Shown here in pieces: positions 1-6,790 of a stretch of 7,314 nt of DNA. The position numbers and the translations under genes are program-made. The DNA lies in contig NZ_JAEDAM010000050.1 in assembly GCF_018420025.1 (NCBI RefSeq), forward strand, positions 1-7,314. The letters are read 5' to 3'. Every line of letters begins with the position of its first letter. Position 1 is the stretch's first letter. Origin of the DNA: Candidatus Vampirococcus lugosii (GTDB taxonomy: Bacteria; Patescibacteriota; Gracilibacteria; Absconditabacterales; Absconditicoccaceae). The notes below the pieces were generated by a model. It searched no databases. It had not been told where the DNA came from and saw only the letters and a program-made list of their open reading frames with translations.

Positions 1-295
1 GAGTGACATAAGTTTTTCAATTATATTTGCGAGTACTTTTTTTAATAAACATATTATAATTATTACCACTTAAAATAATAAAAGATAAAAAATAATATAT
101 TTCATTATAATGAAAAAAAGTACAATTTCAAGAGAAAATACAATAATAATCGCCACTACAAAACTAGCTATTTTTTGTTTACAAAGATGGGTTTAAACTT
201 TCTAGTACAATTAAATCTATATTAGATTGAAAATAAAATAAAAATCTATATAATATATATATATATTTTATATAATTAAATATTAATTAAATTAA

Positions 296-622
296 ATGGC
301 AAGAACTAATAAAAAATGAATTGCTGCAAAGAAAGCACAGCTTGCAAAACAAGCTGGTAGATTGAAATGACAAAAAAGATTTAATTATCCCAAAAGAAAT
401 TTATCAATAGAATTAGCAAAAGAATTATCTGTTGTATGAGCAAAAATGAATCCAGCAGGTAGAGAATACAATTGGTTTTTGAGAGGTAGGAAAATATGTT
501 GGGAAACATGACTTAGAGTTGATCCAGATGGTTATAGATTAGTAAGATTACCAAGTGGTTGATTAGAATTTGTTGAAGTACCAGTTTCTGGTTGGGTAAG
601 AAAAAAACTTAGAAAAAGATAA
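296..622 (+). CDS. hypothetical small basic (Lys/Arg-rich) protein, 108 aa under table 25
   Basis: ATG at 296 and TAA at 620-622. The frame stays open only if five in-frame TGA codons (317, 368, 437, 509, 560) are sense. Translation: MARTNKKGIAAKKAQLAKQAGRLKGQKRFNYPKRNLSIELAKELSVVGAKMNPAGREYNWFLRGRKICWETGLRVDPDGYRLVRLPSGGLEFVEVPVSGWVRKKLRKR. I recognise no family. A 109-codon frame free of TAA/TAG is unlikely by chance at this AT content. It is co-directional with aspS and ends 29 nt upstream of it. Confidence 0.55.
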
Positions 623-651
623 ATTTTTAATTTTATAATTAATTTTAAATA

Positions 652-2478
652 ATGTTTAGAACTCATAAATCTTGAGAAATAGATGAAGGTTTTGTTGGAC
701 AAAAAATAACTCTTGCAGGTTGGGTAAATTCTGCTAGAGATCATTGATGAGTTATTTTTATTGATATTAGAGATAGATTTTGAATAACTCAAGTAAAAGC
801 TGATCCTGATACAGTTTCAAATGAAGTTTTGCAAGTTGCTCATTCATTAAAAGATGAATTTGTGATACAAGTTATTTGATTAGTTAGTAAAAGACCAGAT
901 TGAACATATAATCCAAATATTACTACTTGAAAAATAGAGTTAATACCAGATGAAATAAAAATTTTATCTAAATCGGATGTATTGCCTTTTCAAGTTTCTG
1001 AACAGAGTAATGTTGGTGAAGAAATTAGAATGAAATATCGTTATTTGGATTTGAGAAGAGAAAATATGAAAGATAATATTATTACAAGACATAATATGAC
1101 AAAAAAAATATTTGATTATCTTGTAGATAATGATTTTTTGTATATAGAAACTCCTTCTTTGATAAAAAATACTCCTGAATGAGCTAGAGAATATATTGTT
1201 CCTAGTAGAAATAATCCTGGTGAAGCTTATGTTTTGCCTCAATCTCCACAACAACTAAAACAAATGTTGATGTTAAGTTGATTTGATAGATATTTTCAGA
1301 TAGCTAGATGTTTTCGTGATGAAGACTTGAGATGAGATAGACAACCAGAATTTACTCAAATAGATATAGAATTAAGTTTTGCTGAACAAAATGATATTAT
1401 AGATATAATATCTAATCTTTTTGGAGAATTAACAAAAGAATTATTTGATAATAAATTAATAAATGATGAAATTCCTATAATATCTTGGGAAGATGTTATG
1501 AACAGATATTGAATTGATAAACCAGAATTGAGAACTAAAGAAATGCAAATAATAGATATATCAGATATAGCATCTAAATCAGATCTTAAAGTTTTTGGTG
1601 ATGTTGTAAATAAATGATGAGTAATAAAATCTATGGTGGTAGATTCTATTTTTACTAGAAGTCAAATAGATAAATATACTTCTTTACTACAAGAAAAATG
1701 AGCTAAATGATTGGCATATATTATTTGGGATGAAGAATGACCAAAATCACCTATTTTGAAATTTTTTTCTGATGATTTACAAAAAGAATTATTTGAAAAA
1801 TTATGATTATCAAAATGAAAAACAGCTTTTTTTCAAGCAACAGATTGGCTTTTAGCAAATGAATATTTATGATATTTAAGAACAATACTTATTAGAGACT
1901 TAGAACTTACTAAATGAAAAGAAAATGAACTTAATTTTGCTTGGATAGTTGATTTTCCTATGTTTGAAATTGATGAAGAAACTTGAAAATTTGCAAGTAT
2001 GCATCATCCTTTTACTAAACCAAAAGAAGAATTTGTACCTTTCCTTAAAGAAATATGACAAAAATTGAAATTATGAAATAAATTAACTGAAGAAGAAAAA
2101 AAGCAAGTCTTGAATGTAAAAGCTGATGCTTATGATTTAACACTTAATGGTTATGAAATAGCAGGTGGTAGTGTGAGAATATATGATCAAGAATTACAAG
2201 AGACAATATTTTATATATTGTGAATGAATGAAACAGAAATTGAAGAAAGATTTGGACATATGACTCAAGCATTTAAATATTGAGTTCCTCCTCATGCAGG
2301 TATAGCTATATGATTTGATAGAGTAGTTATGATTTATCAAAATATGCCAAATATAAGAGAAGTAATACCTTTTCCAAAAACTCAAAAATGAGAAGATTTA
2401 TTGCTAAATTCTCCTTCTCAAATTGATGATAAATTATTAAAAGAATTATGATTACAAGTTAAAAGAAAAAATAAATAA
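652..2478 (+). CDS. aspS: aspartate--tRNA ligase (bacterial-type AspRS, 608 aa) read with TGA=Gly
   Basis: ATG at 652 and TAA at 2476-2478, with no in-frame TAA/TAG and 28 in-frame TGA by hand count. Hallmark AspRS segments are present: [28 protein letters not shown] (GG = TGA TGA at 745-750), [14 protein letters not shown] (G = TGA at 1180), [44 protein letters not shown] (class II motif 2 region), RYGIDKPELR (TGA at 1510), and [12 protein letters not shown]...[20 protein letters not shown] (motif 3 region, TGA at 2281 and 2311). The length fits the bacterial type carrying the inserted GAD-like domain. Confidence 0.95.
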
Positions 2479-2542
2479 TAATTAAATTTGGGGATAAAAT
2501 AAAGTATAATTGATTTATCTTTTTATAATTTTCATAAAAAAT

Positions 2543-2854
2543 ATGATTAAATGAGTTTCTTTATTTGCAAATGTATGAATAGCAGAGTTTTATTTAAAAG
2601 AACTTTGAATTGATATTGTTGTTGCAAATGAATTATTACAAAAAAGATGTGATTTATATACTTATTTTTATCCTAATTCAAAAATAATTTGTTGAGATAT
2701 AACAAAAGATGAAATATATTATAAAATTTTGGAAAATGCTTTAATACAAAAATGTAATTTTGTTATAGCAACACCACCTTGTCAATGAATGAGTGTTGCA
2801 TGAAAAATGAACGAAGATGATCCAAGAAATAGTTTTAAATATGCCAAAATTTAA
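2543..2854 (+). pseudogene. truncated DNA (cytosine-5) methyltransferase, N-terminal fragment only (103 aa, motifs I-IV)
   Basis: ATG at 2543 and TAA at 2852-2854. Translation under table 25: MIKGVSLFANVGIAEFYLKELGIDIVVANELLQKRCDLYTYFYPNSKIICGDITKDEIYYKILENALIQKCNFVIATPPCQGMSVAGKMNEDDPRNSFKYAKI*. It contains an AdoMet-binding motif I-like LFANVGIAE, the catalytic PPCQ motif IV (TPPCQGMS) and the following DPRN. Full-length C5 MTases are roughly 300-500 aa. The QxRxR motif, target-recognition domain and GNAVP motif X are absent from every downstream frame. Confidence 0.75.
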
Positions 2855-2877
2855 TATAAAAATTGATTTTAAAGTTT

Positions 2878-3174
2878 ATGAAACTAAACACTTGAATAGA
2901 AAAATTAATTAAGATAAATTTTGATAGTTTTGCAAATTTACTTGTTTTAGAAAATATATGGATTAAAAAATTTAAATTACTTAAAATTGCAATAGAAAAA
3001 GGAAATAAAACATGGAAAAAAATTATTGAAAATAAAATAAAATTAGAAAAATTAGAAGAAGAAATGAATATAAATATTGATAATTTTAAAGATAAAATTG
3101 AAAAAATAAAAGTAAAAACTCCAGAAGTTAAAATGTCTTGGGAAAAAATAGAAAGTGAAATAAAGAAAATTTAA
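2878..3174 (+). CDS. hypothetical Lys/Glu-rich, coiled-coil-like protein (98 aa); possibly the decayed continuation of the upstream methyltransferase
   Basis: ATG at 2878 and TAA at 3172-3174, with one in-frame TGA (2893). The frame is open from 2860, which is long for this AT content. Translation: MKLNTGIEKLIKINFDSFANLLVLENIWIKKFKLLKIAIEKGNKTWKKIIENKIKLEKLEEEMNINIDNFKDKIEKIKVKTPEVKMSWEKIESEIKKI. LLVLENI weakly resembles C5-MTase motif VI (hhhhENV), and the rest is low-complexity. Confidence 0.35.
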
Positions 3175-3245
3175 TTTTTTTAGTTATTATTTATTTTATT
3201 TATTGCTATATAATATATATTTTATAAATTAAATTAATTATACAA

Positions 3246-3935
3246 ATGAATTTTTTTTCTGAATCTAATATACAAGAATTACAAGAAATGTTTTGGAAAA
3301 ATTTTGAAAAATCTTTATTAGATTTGAAAAATAATGAACATATATATATATGACTTAGTTGATGAACTTCATTAAATTATTTTTATGAAAAAATATTAAA
3401 AAATTTTAAAAATATTGAATTTGAAATAAGAAAAAAAATAATTTTTGTTTTTGTAGATGAAAGAATAGTTTCTTTAAATCATAAAGATAGTAATTATAAA
3501 CAAATAAAAGATTTTTTTTTATGAAAATTAATTGATCAAAATCTAATTAATCAAGATCAAATTATTTCAATAAATTATGATATAGAAAATATAGCTGATG
3601 ATTATTTTTCAAAAGTTCCTTATATAGATATATCTTTAATATGAGTTTGAGAAGATGGACATATTGCTTCACTTTTTCCAAAACATATTTTGTTGCAAAG
3701 TAAAGAAAAAAAATATTTATCAATAAATGATTCACCAAAAAAACCTTCTCACAGAATTACTATTTCTCCTGAAATGATAAAAGATATTAAATATTGATTT
3801 ATATTTTTTATGTGAGATGCTAAACAAAAAGCTTTAAATAATTTCTTTGATAATAATCTAATTTATAAAGATTGTCCTGCCAAATTAATAAATAATACTA
3901 AAAATGTATTTTTATTTACAGATTTGAAATTATAA
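3246..3935 (+). CDS. pgl: 6-phosphogluconolactonase (229 aa) read with TGA=Gly
   Basis: ATG at 3246 and TAA at 3933-3935, with 8 in-frame TGA. Family signatures are present: HIYIGLSGGTS (G at 3351, GG at 3360-3365, all TGA), IFVFVDERIV, LIGVGEDGHIASLFP (TGA at 3642 and 3648) and GFIFFMGDAKQKAL. The LSGG / DER / GxGxDGHxASLFP combination points to Pgl rather than NagB, which has GxGxDGHIAFNEP. Confidence 0.85.
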
Positions 3936-3965
3936 TATTTTAATTATATAAATTGATAATTTAAT

Positions 3966-5454
3966 ATGCTATTTGATATGGTAGAAGAGTATGATAAACA
4001 AAAAATGGATTTTCTTATAAATCTACGGGAAAAGTCTATAGAAAAATTAGTTACTGTTCAAGATAGCAAAAAAATTATTTCTTTTTTAAATAGGGCTTGA
4101 ATAATTTGAATAGATGAAAAAAAACAAATAGTTTATATATGAGTTCCAAACGAATTTGTATTATCTCAAGCAAAAAAATTTTTTAAAAAACATTTTGATA
4201 ATGTTATCAATGAAATATATAATAATAGTTATAAAGTTGATTTTATTGTATACTGAAAATTTCAAACTTGAAAACATAAACTGCAAAAAGATATAAAAAA
4301 AATATTAAATATAAAAAAAAATTGAATCAGATTTTCCCAAAACTATAGATAATAATACAAAAGAAGTTTTAAAAAATAATTTTGGTATATTATTTGATCC
4401 TAGATATAGATTTGATAATTTTATAGTAGGATGAAGTAATCAACTTGCATATTCTGCATCTTTTTCTATTGCTGAAAATCCTGGTAAAGTATATAATCCA
4501 TTTTTTATATATTGAAATGTATGACTTGGTAAAACACATTTATTACAATCAATTTGAAATTATACTATATCAAATTTTAAAGATAAAGTAGTTGTATATT
4601 TGCCTACTAGTAAATTAATTGATGAAATAGTTGAAAATATTAGAAAAAATACTATTAATAATTTAACAAAAAAATTGGATGAAGTAGATGTTTTAATATT
4701 AGATGATATTCAATTTTTGGCAGGAAAAGATAAAACTCAAGAAATCTTTCATAATATATTTAATGATTTTTATTCCAAAAAAAAGCAAATAGTTTTATCT
4801 TCTGATCGTCCTCCAAAAGAACTTGATTTGTTGGAAGCAAGACTTAGAAGTAGATTTTGAATTTGATTAGTAACTGATATAAAAAAACCAGACTTTGAAA
4901 CAAGAATGGCTATAATTAACTCAAAATTGAGAGAAAAATCTGAATATTTGGAATATGAATATATAGAAATAATTGCTAAATATGTAAAAGATAATGTAAG
5001 AGAAATTGAATGAGCTGTAAATATAATGTTAACTAGGAAAAATTTATTGTGACAAGATTTGACAGAAAAAGATATATATGATTGACTAGAAATATTGTGA
5101 TACAATGTATGAAAAGAAAGTTTACAAGATGCAAAAATTAAGGATGCTGATACTATGAATAATAAAAGTTATAAATCATTTGCTAAAATATTGGAATATA
5201 TAGCTAATTATTATAGTATATCTATCTCTGATATAAAATGAAATTCAAGAAAAAAAGAGGTTAGTGTAGCTAGACAAATGCTTATGTATATAGCAAAAAA
5301 ACATTATTGATGGACTTTGGAAAAAATTTGAACTTATTTTGGAGGTAAAAATCATGCCACTGTAATATATGCAATTAAAAATTTTGAAAAATTATTGAAA
5401 AGTAATACTACAATATACAATGATTATCATATAATAATACAAGATCTTGTATAA
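3966..5454 (+). CDS. dnaA: chromosomal replication initiator DnaA, interrupted as sequenced by a one-nucleotide frame change at an A9 run
   Basis: Segment 1 runs from ATG 3966 in one frame to TAA 4350-4352 and encodes DnaA domain I-like sequence (...KKQIVYIGVPNEFVLSQAKKFFKKHFDNVINEIY...). Segment 2 is in the +1 frame, open from 4315 to TAA 5452-5454. It encodes [55 protein letters not shown] (Walker A, G at 4513 and 4522 = TGA), VLILDDIQFLAGKDKTQEIFHNIFN (Walker B), [45 protein letters not shown] (TGA at 5011), and domain IV ARQMLMYIAKKHYGWTLEKIGTYFGGKNHATVIYA. Dropping one A from the 4313-4321 run joins both segments into a protein of about 495 aa. Frame 2 has no ATG/GTG/TTG before the P-loop; the first is TTG at 4600. 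Confidence 0.9.
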
Positions 5455-5457
5455 AAA

Positions 5458-5482
5458 AACCTACCGTAAATATCGGTAGGTT
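5458..5482. terminator. GC-rich hairpin, intrinsic-terminator-like, with its canonical T-tract on the minus strand
   Basis: The stem pairs AACCTACCG (5458-5466) with CGGTAGGTT (5474-5482), a 7-bp GC-containing core plus 2 A:T pairs, around the 7-nt loop TAAATAT. It starts 4 nt after the dnaA stop. On the plus strand it is preceded by A7 (5453-5459) and followed only by TT then A6. On the minus strand it is followed by T7, the classic rho-independent layout. It is the only such GC-rich hairpin I see in the window. Confidence 0.5.
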
Positions 5483-5689
5483 AAAAAATTGTATGAATAT
5501 AATTTATTTATAAGTTTTTACTTTTGAGTTGTAAGAAAGTTCCAAATAAAATTGGAACATAGGATCATTGAATTGCTGTATCAAAATGTTTAAACTTATC
5601 CAAAAATAAATCATAGTATAAATTGTCCTCATATTTATTACCAAAAGTTGTATAACTATAAAGATTTAATACATAAAATCAAGTTTAAA

Positions 5690-6781
5690 ATGAAAAATTT
5701 AATTTTTGATCAGGAAAAATTAGAAGAATTTAGAAAAAAAAATAAATTACAACCATTTAGAATTAAACAAATTTATCAAGAAATATTTAAAAATTCAAAT
5801 ATTGATTTTTGAAATTGTACAAGTTTATCAAAAGAATTAAGAGAAAGTTTAGATAAAAATTTTGAAATATTATCAATTAAAATTAAAGAAATAATTGAAT
5901 GATATGAATCTACAAAATTTTTATTTGAAACAAAAAATTCAAAAACTTTTGAATCTGTATTAATGTATCATTGGCATACAAAAAATAATTGAGATAAAAA
6001 AATAAATAGAATTACTTTATGTGTTTCTTCTCAAGTAGGTTGTGCAGTAGCTTGTATTTTTTGTGTTACAGGTAAACTTGGTTTTTTGGCAAATTTGCTT
6101 TGGGAGGAAATAATATGACAATTACTTTTCGCAAATAATTATATAAAAAATAAATTTTGAAAAAAAGATGATTGAACTTATCATAAAGTAAGAAATATTG
6201 TTTTTATGTGAATGTGAGAACCTTTATTAAATTATAATAATGTAAAAAAATCAATTGAAATAATGCTTGGTCAATGATATTGATTTAGTTTATCCAAAAG
6301 ACATATTACAATTTCTACATCTTGAATTATACCTTGAATACAAAAAATGATAGATGATAATATTGAATCTATGCTTGCTATATCTTTGCATGCACCAAAT
6401 CAAGAACTTAGAGAAAAATTAGTGCCTATATGAAAAAAATATAAATTAAATGAATTAATTTATATTCTTGATAATTATTATAAAAAAACAAAAAATAGAA
6501 TTTTTTATGAATATATAATGATAAAAGATATGAATGACCTTTCTAAAAATGCTATAGAACTTTCAAAATTATTGAAACATCAAAATTGTCATATAAATTT
6601 GATACCATATAATGAAAATCCAGCAATGCCAAATTTACAGGAAACTGAAACAAGTAGTATATACAAATTTAAAGAAATACTTGAAAATAATTGATTGACA
6701 GTTACCGTGAGAACTAATATGTGAAGGGAAGAAAAATCAGCTTGTGGACAATTATGATGGGAAAATATAGCTAAATGATAA
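5690..6781 (+). CDS. rlmN: 23S rRNA/tRNA adenine-C2 methyltransferase RlmN (radical SAM, 363 aa) read with TGA=Gly
   Basis: ATG at 5690 and TAA at 6779-6781, with about 17 in-frame TGA. Motifs: [11 protein letters not shown] (N-terminal RlmN domain), the radical-SAM cluster [22 protein letters not shown] (CxxxCxxC), NIVFMGMGEPLLN (both G = TGA at 6209 and 6215), [51 protein letters not shown] and SACGQLGW near the C-terminus. Confidence 0.92.
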
Positions 6782-6790
6782 ATTTATTTT

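Noticed and set aside
1-163. Possible gene end or start at the left edge: a minus-strand frame open from 163 to 1 with ATG at 52-50 (MFIKKSTRKYNGKTYVT...), and plus-strand frames ending at 45 and 73
   Set aside because: Each is too short and featureless to support a call, so the flanking sequence is needed. The stretch 1-295 may hold a divergent promoter region, but I cannot show it.
110-196. 28-aa plus-strand ORF (MKKSTISRENTIIIATTKLAIFCLQRWV) in the left intergenic region
   Set aside because: It is too short to distinguish from chance at this composition and has no recognisable motif.
532-792. 86-aa minus-strand ORF from the supplied track
   Set aside because: It is antisense to the end of the 296-622 CDS and the strongly conserved N-terminus of aspS. 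The sequence is low-complexity Ser/Asn/Ile/Phe-rich, typical of a shadow ORF in AT-rich DNA.
982-1182. 66-aa plus-strand ORF from the track, and likewise the 86-aa ORF at 4600-4860
   Set aside because: These are not independent genes. They are internal fragments of aspS and dnaA bounded by TGA codons that are sense codons here, and the track starts (TTG at 982 and at 4600) are internal Leu codons.
964-1254. 96-aa minus-strand ORF from the supplied track
   Set aside because: It lies entirely antisense to the conserved aspS core (TPEGAREY region). It has no recognisable motifs, so I treat it as a shadow ORF.
2194-2385. 63-aa minus-strand ORF from the supplied track
   Set aside because: It is antisense to AspRS motif 3 ([15 protein letters not shown]). 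The sense strand is unambiguously coding.
652-2478. TGA=Trp (table 4, Mycoplasma/Spiroplasma-like), the usual first guess for AT-rich DNA full of in-frame TGA
   Set aside because: It would put Trp into the DnaA P-loop, AspRS GG/GFDR motifs, Pgl LSGG and RlmN GMGEP, where Gly is invariant. Conserved Trp positions use TGG.
4770-5105. 111-aa minus-strand ORF, the longest in the supplied track
   Set aside because: It is antisense to the conserved dnaA domain III/IV junction ([19 protein letters not shown]). It is long only because standard-code sense ORFs are broken by TGA.
5504-5632. 42-aa minus-strand hydrophobic ORF in the dnaA-rlmN spacer, considered as a CDS call
   Set aside because: The length is within chance expectation and no homology is recognisable. 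It is kept only as a candidate in the finding about the minus-oriented terminator.
296-6781. Alternative readings of the TGA codons: mass pseudogenisation, or selenocysteine
   Set aside because: The interruptions are exclusively TGA, never TAA/TAG. All catalytic motifs are intact and the reading frames are maintained, apart from the one dnaA homopolymer shift. About 85 Sec codons in housekeeping genes is implausible.
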